Source: Candidatus Latescibacterota bacterium (GTDB lineage Bacteria > Latescibacterota > UBA2968 > UBA8231). Taken from it: a DNA stretch of 64,000 nucleotides. Positions 49,957-58,440 of the stretch are shown here, one piece after another. The translations under genes were made by a program, and so were the position numbers. The notes beneath the pieces were generated by a model. It ran no database searches and had not been told where the DNA came from. It saw only the letters and a list, made by a program, of their open reading frames with translations. The stretch covers positions 4,192,001 through 4,256,000 of the forward strand of contig OZ241867.1 in NCBI GenBank assembly GCA_965203175.1. The letters are read 5' to 3'. Position 1 is the stretch's first letter. Every line of letters begins with the position of its first letter.

Positions 49957-50091
49957 TGCATCCACGCTGGTAAACCGCCTCAGTGCGTGGGTGTCTCTCT
50001 CCAGATTCAATTCGCGTACCATTAACCTCCCGTCTTGTGCGCAAGCCTAGGAAAGCGTGCATGGACGACCAAACCATTGGAGACTAGCACC

Positions 50092-50598
50092 ATGTTTAAA
50101 AGAAGTATGTCTGCGTTGAGCATTTTCGCCTTGGCTCTCTTTGTTGCGAGCTGCGGCGACGACGACAATCCCGTCGATCCTGACCTCCATGATGAACACG
50201 CTGAGGCCATCGGCCTGATTATACGCGATAGCGGCGCTGAAATCGTCCGCGTTGAAAGCGGTCAGGTGACCGGCGAGATTGAAGTCGGTCACGGCAAGGA
50301 AACCGCTCTGCTTTCCGTGCGCTTTATCGCCGAAGACGGCGATCTCTTCACCCCAGACGAAGACGAGGATTTTTCTCTCGGTTGGGAAATTGCCGACGAG
50401 AGCATCGCCGAAGTAGAGCATCATGCCGAGGACGGCGCTTGGGCTTTTCACATCCTCGGCTTAGAGGAAGGCGAGACTACTATCCGCATCAAAATCAACC
50501 ACGAAGGCCACGCCGATTTCGTCTCGCCGGAGATTGAAATCCACGTCAGCGAGGACGGACCCGGCGAGGAACATGATGATCACGATGACGAAGGGTAA
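50092..50598 (+). CDS. His/Asp/Glu-rich lipoprotein, copy 1
   Basis: Lipobox VASC, LHDEHAE, HEGH, EEHDDHDDEG; GGAG RBS. Confidence 0.85.
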   Translation: MFKRSMSALSIFALALFVASCGDDDNPVDPDLHDEHAEAIGLIIRDSGAEIVRVESGQVTGEIEVGHGKETALLSVRFIAEDGDLFTPDEDEDFSLGWEIADESIAEVEHHAEDGAWAFHILGLEEGETTIRIKINHEGHADFVSPEIEIHVSEDGPGEEHDDHDDEG

Positions 50599-50626
50599 AG
50601 CGGTTAGACCTGCATAGGTAGAGGTG

Positions 50627-50659
50627 ACGCGGGACCGGACGCAAGCACCGGTCCCGCGT
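50627..50659 (+). other. Strong GC stem-loop after lipoprotein copy 1 (counterpart at 51760-51788)
   Basis: ACGCGGGACCGG-loop-CCGGTCCCGCGT, no U-tract. Confidence 0.65.
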
Positions 50660-50705
50660 ACTTATGTCAAGCTTAATTGGATAGCCGACAGACAAAAGGT
50701 TGAAG

Positions 50706-50734
50706 TTGCGTTTTTTTGCCAGATCACTTAAAAT
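50706..50734 (+). promoter_or_regulatory. Sigma70-like promoter, copy 2
   Basis: TTGCGT-17 bp-TAAAAT. Confidence 0.7.
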
Positions 50735-50742
50735 CAAAAGTT

Positions 50743-51075
50743 ATGCTAAGGCGCAAAGCGGACATCTCGATAGGCTCGGCGTCCGCGCTGGCCCTGCTGG
50801 CGCTGACCGTGCTCTTTGCGGCTGTAAGCTGCGGCCTACCCTTCGGCCACCAGCTTTGCCACGAGAGCCACGAGAGCCACGAGAGCCACGTCGAGCCTGA
50901 GAACTGTCCGGCTTGCCTGTTGCAGAGCAGCCTATCGCTCCTTTTTGGGGGCTTGGCGCTCGCGGTCGTGGCGCTGAATGCCTTAGAGCCAAATCCGTCC
51001 GCTCTGCGCACAGTACCTTTACCTCTTTTTTCTCCTCGCTTTACCCACCTCAACCGAGGCCCGCCCCGGTGCTAG
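50743..51075 (+). CDS. DUF2946/CruR-like leader protein ending in RGPP, copy 2
   Basis: HQLCHESHESHESH, intact CPAC, PRFTHLNRGPPRC*; start by homology to copy 1. Confidence 0.8.
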   Translation: MLRRKADISIGSASALALLALTVLFAAVSCGLPFGHQLCHESHESHESHVEPENCPACLLQSSLSLLFGGLALAVVALNALEPNPSALRTVPLPLFSPRFTHLNRGPPRC

Positions 51076-51212
51076 TGCATCCACGCTGGTAAATCACCTC
51101 AGTGCGTGGGTGTCTCTCTCCAGATCCAATTCGCGTACCATTAAATTCCCGTTCTGCGCGCAACGTCTAGGGAAAGTGCGCGTGGACGGTCAAACCATTG
51201 GAGACTAGCACC

Positions 51213-51719
51213 ATGTTTAAAAGAAGTATGTCTGCGTTGAGCATTTTCGCCTTGGCTCTGTTTATGGCTAGCTGCGGCGACGACGACAATCCCGTCGATC
51301 CTGACCTCCATGATGAACATGCCGAGGCTATCGGCCTAGTTATACGCGATAGCGGCACTGAAATCGTCCGCGTTGAAAGCGGTCAGGTGACCGGCGAGAT
51401 TGAAGTCGGTCACGGCAAGGAAACCGCCCTGCTTTCCGTGCGCTTTATCGCCGAAGACGGCGATCTCTTCACCCCAGACGAAGACGAGGATTTTTCTCTC
51501 GGTTGGGAAATTGCCGACGAGAGCATCGCCGAAGTAGAGCATCATGCCGAGGACGGCGCTTGGGCTTTTCACATCCTCGGCTTAGAGGAAGGCGAGACTA
51601 CTATCCGCATCAAAATCAACCACGAAGGCCACGCCGATTTCGTCTCGCCGGAGATTGAAATCCACGTCAGTGAGGACGGACCCGGTGAGGAACACGATGA
51701 TCACGATGACGAAGGGTAA
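51213..51719 (+). CDS. His/Asp/Glu-rich lipoprotein, copy 2
   Basis: 168 aa, three substitutions versus copy 1. Confidence 0.85.
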   Translation: MFKRSMSALSIFALALFMASCGDDDNPVDPDLHDEHAEAIGLVIRDSGTEIVRVESGQVTGEIEVGHGKETALLSVRFIAEDGDLFTPDEDEDFSLGWEIADESIAEVEHHAEDGAWAFHILGLEEGETTIRIKINHEGHADFVSPEIEIHVSEDGPGEEHDDHDDEG

Positions 51720-51807
51720 AGTGGTTAGATCTGCTGCGGCCTTCATAGGTAAAAGCGACGCGGGACCGGACGCAAACTCCGGTCCCGTGCACTTATGTCA
51801 AGGCCAA

Positions 51808-54048
51808 TTGAATAGCCGACAGATAAAAAACACAGGCCGCAGGCTACTTTGGAAACTCACATCCATAATCGGCCTAGCAGTCGGTCCCGTTTGGGGCGAC
51901 CAGACTGGCGCTCTAGCCGGGCACGTGATCGACGCCGAAAGCGGCCAACCCGTCGGTTGGACTACCGTCGTCATTGAGGGGCTCGAACGGGCGCGGATGA
52001 GCGACGCCGAGGGGTACTTCTTCTTCGCCAACGTACCCGCCGGTGCGCACGTCTTGCAAAGCCTACACGTCGGCTACCAAGAGGCCCACTTTAAGGTGAG
52101 GGTCGTCGCGGGGGATACCACCCATGTCGATCTAGCTATCGGCTACGAGTCCCTGCAGGTAGAGGGGATTCTCATCGAAGGCGAATACACGCGCCCTGTT
52201 TCTCCACTCCAAGCACCCGAAGTTGTCTTCAGCGGCAGCAAGCTGCGGCAGAATTTGAGCCGCACCATCGCCGAGACCATTGACTACGAGCCGGGCATTG
52301 CCCAGCGCTCAATGGGGCCAGCGCCCGCGCGTCCAGTCCTGCGCGGGCTAGGCGGCGACCGCTTGCTGATGATCGAAGACGGCGAGCGCACCGGCGATTT
52401 GTCTGCCACCTCCTCGGACCACGCCGTGGCCATCGAGCCGATGACTACCGAGCGCATTGAGGTCGTGCGCGGCCCTCGCACCTTGCTCTACGGGTCCAAT
52501 GCCTTGGCCGGGGTTGTCAATGTGGTGCGGGGATACGTGCCCTCTGAGCAGCCCGATGGTTTGGGGGGATCTGTGACGTATCAAGGAGAGAGCGTCAACC
52601 GAGGTTTGTCTGGCGGCCTGACTCTCGAACAGCCGCTCGGCCCACTGGCGCTGCGCTTCGACAGCAGTTTGCGCAATGCCGACGATATTGCCACGCCGCG
52701 TGGGGTACTCGCCAATACGAACATCCGCACGGGCAATGCCTCAGTCGGCCTGAGTCTGGTTCGTCCTTGGGGGCACGTAGGCGCGTCCGGTAGCTTGTAC
52801 GACTCCGACTATGGCATCCCTCCCGATGCAGAGAGCGGCCACCCGGACGGCGTATCCATTGATCTCCAGCGCCAGCACCTCGAAGGGCGCGGCGAAATCC
52901 TCACCGGGCCGGATTGGCTCCAGCGCCTAGAATTGCACCACGCGTTTTCGCGCTATCAGCACGGCGAATACGAAGCTAGTGGCAACTTGGGGCTGGAGTA
53001 CGGGGTGCTCACGCACAACAGCGGCGCGCTGGCCCACCTAGATCGCATGGGGCCTTTTGCCAACGGCGTGACTGGCTTGTGGTTCGAGTACCGCAACTAT
53101 GCCGCGGCCGGGCTCAACTATACGCCGCCGGCCGAGGAATACGCCGGTGCTTTGTTCGCGTACCAGGAGTGGGAGCATGGGCCTTGGGCGGCCAATGCGG
53201 CTTGGCGCGTTGACGCCCGCCGCGTCGAGCCGCGCGAGGAGCGCTATTCGCGCCGGGTCGGCAGCATCCAGACGCGCGACTTTGCCGGGATGTCTGCCGG
53301 TTTGTCCAATCACTATCGCGCCAGTTCGACTTTGACGTTGGGCTCGACCTTGATGCGCACCTTTCGCGCTCCTGGCATCGAAGAGCTGTTTTCCGAAGGA
53401 CCGCATCTGGCCGCCTATTCGTACGAGGTGGGCAACGGCTCCCTCGACAGCGAACGCGGCCTAGGACTGGAGCTGTTCGCCGACTACCACCGCGAAGAAG
53501 GCCATGTACACGTGGCCGTCTTCCGCAACGCGATCAATGGGTTCATTTTTTTCAAGAATAGCGGCGAGCGCAGTCTGCGGCGCGCCGATCTTTTTCTCTA
53601 TCAGACTCTGGGAGAGCGCGTCCTCATGCACGGTGCCGAAGTTACCTTCGATTGGCATCTGGCGGAGCCTTGGAAAGTGGCCGGTACCCTCAGCTATGTG
53701 CGCGGCCGGCTCACTGATCTCGACGACGAACCTCTGCCGCGGCTGCCACCTCTGCAAGGGCACTTGGCCCTGACTTGCGAACCTACTGAGGCGCTGAGTG
53801 CGACTATTGACGTGCGCTTGGCTGCGGAACAGGACCAGATCGGCGAGTTTGAAGAGCCTACAGAAGGCTACGCAGTGCTGGATCTTTCGAGCCAGTACTA
53901 CGCGCAGTGGGGGGGCCGTCTGCACACCTTCGCCCTGACCTTGGAAAACGCCACTGACGCGGTGTACCGCAACCACCTCAACCGCGTCAAAGATATCCTG
54001 CCCGAGCCAGGCCGCAATCTGCGCCTGCTGCACAAGATATTCTTCTGA
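51808..54048 (+). CDS. ZnuD-like TonB-dependent receptor
   Basis: RPVLRGLGGDR, SSDHAV, IEVVRGP.TLLYG, YGIP, EELFSEGPHLA, YRNHL, terminal Phe; TTG start uncertain. Confidence 0.88.
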   Translation: MNSRQIKNTGRRLLWKLTSIIGLAVGPVWGDQTGALAGHVIDAESGQPVGWTTVVIEGLERARMSDAEGYFFFANVPAGAHVLQSLHVGYQEAHFKVRVVAGDTTHVDLAIGYESLQVEGILIEGEYTRPVSPLQAPEVVFSGSKLRQNLSRTIAETIDYEPGIAQRSMGPAPARPVLRGLGGDRLLMIEDGERTGDLSATSSDHAVAIEPMTTERIEVVRGPRTLLYGSNALAGVVNVVRGYVPSEQPDGLGGSVTYQGESVNRGLSGGLTLEQPLGPLALRFDSSLRNADDIATPRGVLANTNIRTGNASVGLSLVRPWGHVGASGSLYDSDYGIPPDAESGHPDGVSIDLQRQHLEGRGEILTGPDWLQRLELHHAFSRYQHGEYEASGNLGLEYGVLTHNSGALAHLDRMGPFANGVTGLWFEYRNYAAAGLNYTPPAEEYAGALFAYQEWEHGPWAANAAWRVDARRVEPREERYSRRVGSIQTRDFAGMSAGLSNHYRASSTLTLGSTLMRTFRAPGIEELFSEGPHLAAYSYEVGNGSLDSERGLGLELFADYHREEGHVHVAVFRNAINGFIFFKNSGERSLRRADLFLYQTLGERVLMHGAEVTFDWHLAEPWKVAGTLSYVRGRLTDLDDEPLPRLPPLQGHLALTCEPTEALSATIDVRLAAEQDQIGEFEEPTEGYAVLDLSSQYYAQWGGRLHTFALTLENATDAVYRNHLNRVKDILPEPGRNLRLLHKIFF

Positions 54049-54089
54049 GAATTCGTCTGGATTCACTTACCGGACTGGGATTGCACAGA

Positions 54090-55367
54090 ATGACCTTTGA
54101 TTTTCTTGGGATATTAACCAGTTTTTTTGCCTTCCTCTGGTCTTCCTTTTTACTGCTAGCCCCCATGCTTCTGCTGGGGTTCCTCCTCTCCGGCCTGATT
54201 CATGTGTTTATCTCCCGTCAGGCCGTTCTCCGCTGGCTCCACGACGACAGCCTAAAATCCGTCACCTTGAGTTCGGCCATTGGCGTACCCGTGCCGCTGT
54301 GCAGTTGTTCGGTCGTGCCCGTGGTGGCCGAGATGCGTAACAAGGGGGCGTCCCGTTCGTCCTGCATGTCCTTCCTGATCACCGCGCCGGAAACAGGTGC
54401 GGATTCGATTTTAGTCACTAACGCCTTTTTCGGACCCATCGTTGCCATCGTCCGGCCCGTCATCAGCTTCATCACTGCGGTCGTCGCCGGTATCTTTTGC
54501 ATCGGACTGATAAGAGACGACCGAAATGAAGCCGAGGTAAGCGGCCACGATCACTACCATGAATGTAGCCACGATCATCACCAATCCCTCATAGCCGACA
54601 GGGATGATTGCTACGTCAGTCCCGCGCAACTGAAGGGCTTACTGGTCAACTGGTTGAAGGGAATCGCTGGCCGACCATCCACCGGTGGTTCTTCTGCGGC
54701 AGCAGTCCCCACCGACAATCAAGGTCTCGACTTCAAAAAGCTGATCAAGCACATCTTGCGCTATGGCTTCATTGAGATCGCCGACGACATTCTCTTTGCG
54801 CTGTTGGTGGGGGTCGTGCTGGGCGGTGTGCTCTTTCTGGCGATTCCGAGCGATCTGATGGCGCACGAGTACGCCCGCTGGCTGTCCTATCCGGTCATGG
54901 TGCTGATCGGCATTCCCCTCTATATCTGCGCCTCCGCCAGTACTCCGATCGCCGCCGCGCTAGTTGCCAAGGGGGTCAGCCCCGGCGCAGCGCTGATTTT
55001 TCTGATGACTGGACCGGCCACCAACACGGGCACGATCGCGATCATCGTCAGCCAATTCGGCTCCCGCTTCGCATCCATTTACGTCGCCGCAGTCATCGCG
55101 GTTACAGTCGTCCTCGGCATTGCCATCGACGCGCTGCTTCTCGCGGCTGGTCTGGCGATTTCCGTCAACCTCGGCGCCTCTCATGCGCCAGCCATTCAGT
55201 TCCTGCAATGGGGCAGCGCTTTGCTCCTCATCGCCCTGATCGTCTGGCGCTTTCGCGCCGGTGCCCTGCGCCATGGCTACGAGGATATGCTGCTCAATCT
55301 TCGCTTCCGGTCCAGCGCGGGCGATCGGGATCTGTCAGCGCGAGACCTCAGCAGTGGTAAGTCTTAA
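54090..55367 (+). CDS. SO_0444/DUF318-family permease, copy B
   Basis: Same motifs as copy A; loop HDHYHECSHDHH. Confidence 0.88.
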   Translation: MTFDFLGILTSFFAFLWSSFLLLAPMLLLGFLLSGLIHVFISRQAVLRWLHDDSLKSVTLSSAIGVPVPLCSCSVVPVVAEMRNKGASRSSCMSFLITAPETGADSILVTNAFFGPIVAIVRPVISFITAVVAGIFCIGLIRDDRNEAEVSGHDHYHECSHDHHQSLIADRDDCYVSPAQLKGLLVNWLKGIAGRPSTGGSSAAAVPTDNQGLDFKKLIKHILRYGFIEIADDILFALLVGVVLGGVLFLAIPSDLMAHEYARWLSYPVMVLIGIPLYICASASTPIAAALVAKGVSPGAALIFLMTGPATNTGTIAIIVSQFGSRFASIYVAAVIAVTVVLGIAIDALLLAAGLAISVNLGASHAPAIQFLQWGSALLLIALIVWRFRAGALRHGYEDMLLNLRFRSSAGDRDLSARDLSSGKS

Positions 55368-55398
55368 CCCGAACTCACGTTAAAGGAGGATTCTATAT

Positions 55399-56646
55399 AT
55401 GAACACGCCGCGCAAAGTACCTAAAGTGCCCCTGTCAGAGAGACTGCCCGTTACTGTCCTGTCCGGCTTTCTCGGCGCAGGCAAGACCTCTCTTCTCAAC
55501 AACGTGCTCAACAACCGCGAGGGCATGCGCGTCGCGGTCATCGTCAACGACATGAGCGAGGTCAACATCGACGCGGCGCTCGTTGAGCACGGCGGTGCCC
55601 AGCTCTCGCGGACCGAGGAGAAGCTGGTCGAGATGTCGAACGGCTGCATCTGCTGCACGCTGCGAGACGACCTGCTCGCCGAGGTCTCACGGCTCGCACA
55701 GGAGAGACGCTTCGACTACCTGCTCATCGAGTCCACTGGGATCTCGGAGCCCATTCCGGTCGCGCAGACCTTCACCTTCGAGGACGAGAACGGTGTGAGC
55801 CTGAGTCAGGTTTCGCGCCTCGACACCATGGTCACGGTCGTGGACGCGGCGAGCTTCCTGCGGGACTACAACGCCGCCGAAGCGCTCCAAGACCGCGGTG
55901 AGTCGCTGGGCGAAGAAGATCTCCGGACGGTGACCGACCTGCTTATCGACCAGATCGAGTTCGCCGACGTCATCGTGCTCAACAAGCTCGATCTCGTGAG
56001 CAACGATCAGGCTCTCGAGGTCGAGGCTATCGTGAAAGCGTTCAACCCCGGCGCGAAGATCCTCATGGCGACGCGCGGACAGATCCCGCTCGAATGCGTG
56101 CTCGACACGGGCCTGTTCGACTACGAGAAGGCGGAGAGCTCCGCCGGCTGGATTCGAGAGCTTCAGGGTGAGCACACGCCGGAGACCGAGGAGTACGGGA
56201 TCTCGAGCTTCACCTATCGGACGTCGCAGCCCTTCGACGCCGAGAAGCTGTGGGCGTTCCTGCACGACGCCGAGAACTGGAGCGGCGTGCTCCGCTCGAA
56301 GGGCTTCTTCTGGGTCGCCGCTGACCATCGGATCCTCTACGAGTGGGCTCAAGCCGGCGGCGTCTTCAACGTGAACCCCGCCGGGATGTGGTGGGCGGCC
56401 GTGCCTCGCAAATACTGGGAGCACCCCGAGGGTCAGCGACCTGACCAGCAGTCGGGCTGGGATCCTCGCTTCGGCGATCGCGCGCAGCAGCTCGTCTTCA
56501 TCGGCCAGCAGATGCACGAGGCGGCGATACGCGCTCGCCTCAACGCGTGCCTGCTCGACGAGCGCCTCGCCGCCGCTGACAGCAAGGCCTGGGCAGCGCT
56601 CCGGAACCCGTTTCCGGAGCTTCTCATGGACGAGGAGGCAGCATGA
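55399..56646 (+). CDS. COG0523 (ZigA/YciC-like) metallochaperone GTPase
   Basis: [37 protein letters not shown]. Confidence 0.93.
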   Translation: MNTPRKVPKVPLSERLPVTVLSGFLGAGKTSLLNNVLNNREGMRVAVIVNDMSEVNIDAALVEHGGAQLSRTEEKLVEMSNGCICCTLRDDLLAEVSRLAQERRFDYLLIESTGISEPIPVAQTFTFEDENGVSLSQVSRLDTMVTVVDAASFLRDYNAAEALQDRGESLGEEDLRTVTDLLIDQIEFADVIVLNKLDLVSNDQALEVEAIVKAFNPGAKILMATRGQIPLECVLDTGLFDYEKAESSAGWIRELQGEHTPETEEYGISSFTYRTSQPFDAEKLWAFLHDAENWSGVLRSKGFFWVAADHRILYEWAQAGGVFNVNPAGMWWAAVPRKYWEHPEGQRPDQQSGWDPRFGDRAQQLVFIGQQMHEAAIRARLNACLLDERLAAADSKAWAALRNPFPELLMDEEAA

Positions 56647-56714
56647 CCGAGACTGTCTCATCCGTTTTGGCGAAAGGGTCACCGACATCTCATGTCGCAG
56701 GGAGAAGAGAGAAC

Positions 56715-57014
56715 ATGTTGATCAACACATCACCACGTCGCCCGAACCGCGAACGGGTTCGATATATCAAAGAGGCATTGCGCGAGGCGCTGAGCCTTCC
56801 CGATGACATGACAGTCACGGTCACCGAGCTGGCTTGTCTCGAAGAAGGCTGCGCGCCCGTCGAAACCGTGATTGGCCTGCTTCGGCCCGATGCACCACAG
56901 CTTCAGTGCAAGCTACACAAACCCGTGGACGCCGTTGACGCCAAGGATCTGGTCCGGGTCTGCACGGCGTGGGGCTTCGACGTCCAGATTGCCATCCCCG
57001 AACCACTCACCTAG
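56715..57014 (+). CDS. Small Cys-motif protein between COG0523 genes
   Basis: ELACLEEGCAPVET; alternative start 56643. Confidence 0.7.
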   Translation: MLINTSPRRPNRERVRYIKEALREALSLPDDMTVTVTELACLEEGCAPVETVIGLLRPDAPQLQCKLHKPVDAVDAKDLVRVCTAWGFDVQIAIPEPLT

Positions 57015-57023
57015 GAGAATTAG

Positions 57024-58370
57024 ATGAATACGCCTCAAAAAGTACCCGTAACGATCCTCACCGGCTTCCTCGGCTCTGGCAAGACGACCCTACTCAACCG
57101 GATCTTGAGTGAGGAGCACGGCAAGCGCATTGCCGTGATCGAGAACGAGTATGGAGAAGTCGGCATCGATCAGGCGCTCGTCATCAACGCTGACGAGGAG
57201 ATCTTTGAGATGTCGAATGGCTGCATCTGCTGCACGGTGCGCGGAGACCTGATTCGCGTGCTCGGCAATCTCATGAAGCGCCGCGACAAGTTCGACTATG
57301 TGTTGGTGGAGACCACAGGGCTGGCCGATCCCGGTCCGGTCGCTCAGACGTTCTTCATGGACGACGAGATTCGCGCGGAGTTCTCGCTTGACGGAATCGT
57401 CACGCTCGTCGATGCAGCCCACATTGAGCAGCAGCTCGGCCGAAGCGACGAAAGCACGGAGCAAATCGCGTTCGCAGACATCCTCGTGCTCAACAAGACG
57501 GACCTCGTCAACGGCGAGGCGCTCGACGGACTCGAATCTCGGCTCCGAGACATGAACCGAATGGCGCGAGTCGTGCGCAGCGAGCAGGCGAACGTCTCCG
57601 TCGATACGGTACTCAACCTCGACGCCTTCGACTTGGACCAGGCGCTCGAGCGTCGCCCCACCTTCCTCGAGCCGGAGTATCCATTCGAATGGACTGGAGT
57701 CTATTCGCTCGATATGGGCCGCTACGAACTCAGCCTCGCCGATGGACCTGATCCGGCGATGTCGCTCGTCGTCGTGTCTGACCAGGGCACGGATGACGCT
57801 GCCCTCCGTGAGGGTGCGGAGTGGTGTGTGCGGCGGTACGCCGAACCTGCGGAGCTTATTGGCCCGGGGGAAGATATTCCGGTCGGAAAGCATGTGAACC
57901 TCCAGCTCGATTCCCCAGGGCGCAAGTCGTTCTTCTTGGAGGTCGATACACAAGTGCAGATTGGCCTCTACGCCCAGCACCTCGCGGAGGAGTTCGATCT
58001 CCAACTGACGAACGCGGATGGAGCGACAATCAGGCAAGAGGTCGAGCGAACCTGGGTCGCCCAGCACGAGCACGACGACGAGGTGGGCTCGATCGCGATC
58101 GAGCGGGACGGCGACGTCGATATCGTCAGGCTCAACGCTTGGCTTACCATACTGCTCGGTGAGCGCGGGGTGGACATCTTCCGCATGAAGGGCTTCATCA
58201 GCCTCGCAGGTGAGTCGCGTCGCTTCGTCTTCCAGGGGGTTCACATGCTTTTTGACGGCCAGCCAGAGCGCGAATGGGGGGACGAGCCCCGCCGCAATCA
58301 ACTCGTCTTCATCGGCCGCAACCTCGATGAGCAGAGCATGCGGCAGGGGTTCGAAGCATGTCTGATTTGA
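57024..58370 (+). CDS. COG0523/CobW-family GTPase with internal inserted domain
   Basis: GFLGSGKT, GCICC, ETTGLADPGP, insert after YPFEW, FRMKG, FQGVH. Confidence 0.92.
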   Translation: MNTPQKVPVTILTGFLGSGKTTLLNRILSEEHGKRIAVIENEYGEVGIDQALVINADEEIFEMSNGCICCTVRGDLIRVLGNLMKRRDKFDYVLVETTGLADPGPVAQTFFMDDEIRAEFSLDGIVTLVDAAHIEQQLGRSDESTEQIAFADILVLNKTDLVNGEALDGLESRLRDMNRMARVVRSEQANVSVDTVLNLDAFDLDQALERRPTFLEPEYPFEWTGVYSLDMGRYELSLADGPDPAMSLVVVSDQGTDDAALREGAEWCVRRYAEPAELIGPGEDIPVGKHVNLQLDSPGRKSFFLEVDTQVQIGLYAQHLAEEFDLQLTNADGATIRQEVERTWVAQHEHDDEVGSIAIERDGDVDIVRLNAWLTILLGERGVDIFRMKGFISLAGESRRFVFQGVHMLFDGQPEREWGDEPRRNQLVFIGRNLDEQSMRQGFEACLI

Positions 58371-58440
58371 ATGTTCAGCATGGATTAGGTAATCCGGCAA
58401 CGACGCATTCCATCCAAACACTCGATGGAGGTCAACCACA

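Larger units (their letters stand above)
49599..51828 (+). repeat. Diverged tandem duplication of about 1.1 kb (promoter + leader ORF + lipoprotein + hairpin)
   Basis: TTGAAGTTGCGTTTTTT at 49599 and 50700; both units end ...ATAGCCGACAGA(C/T)AAAA. Confidence 0.92.
48300..55325. repeat. Large diverged inverted duplication: 48300-49535 (-) versus 54090-55325 (+), 1236 bp each
   Basis: Colinear permease genes in opposite orientation, homology from ATGACCTTTGA to GGGCGAT. Confidence 0.9.

Noticed and set aside
51655-51807. N-terminal extension of the TonB receptor
   Set aside because: Overlaps the lipoprotein gene and the intergenic hairpin; signal-peptide-like sequence begins later.
48282-55367. 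Duplications as simple assembly artefacts
   Set aside because: Copies carry many synonymous and structure-preserving differences; a strain chimera cannot be fully excluded without reads.
55687-58439. Long minus-strand ORFs (333 and 449 aa)
   Set aside because: Shadows of COG0523 genes with strong codon bias.
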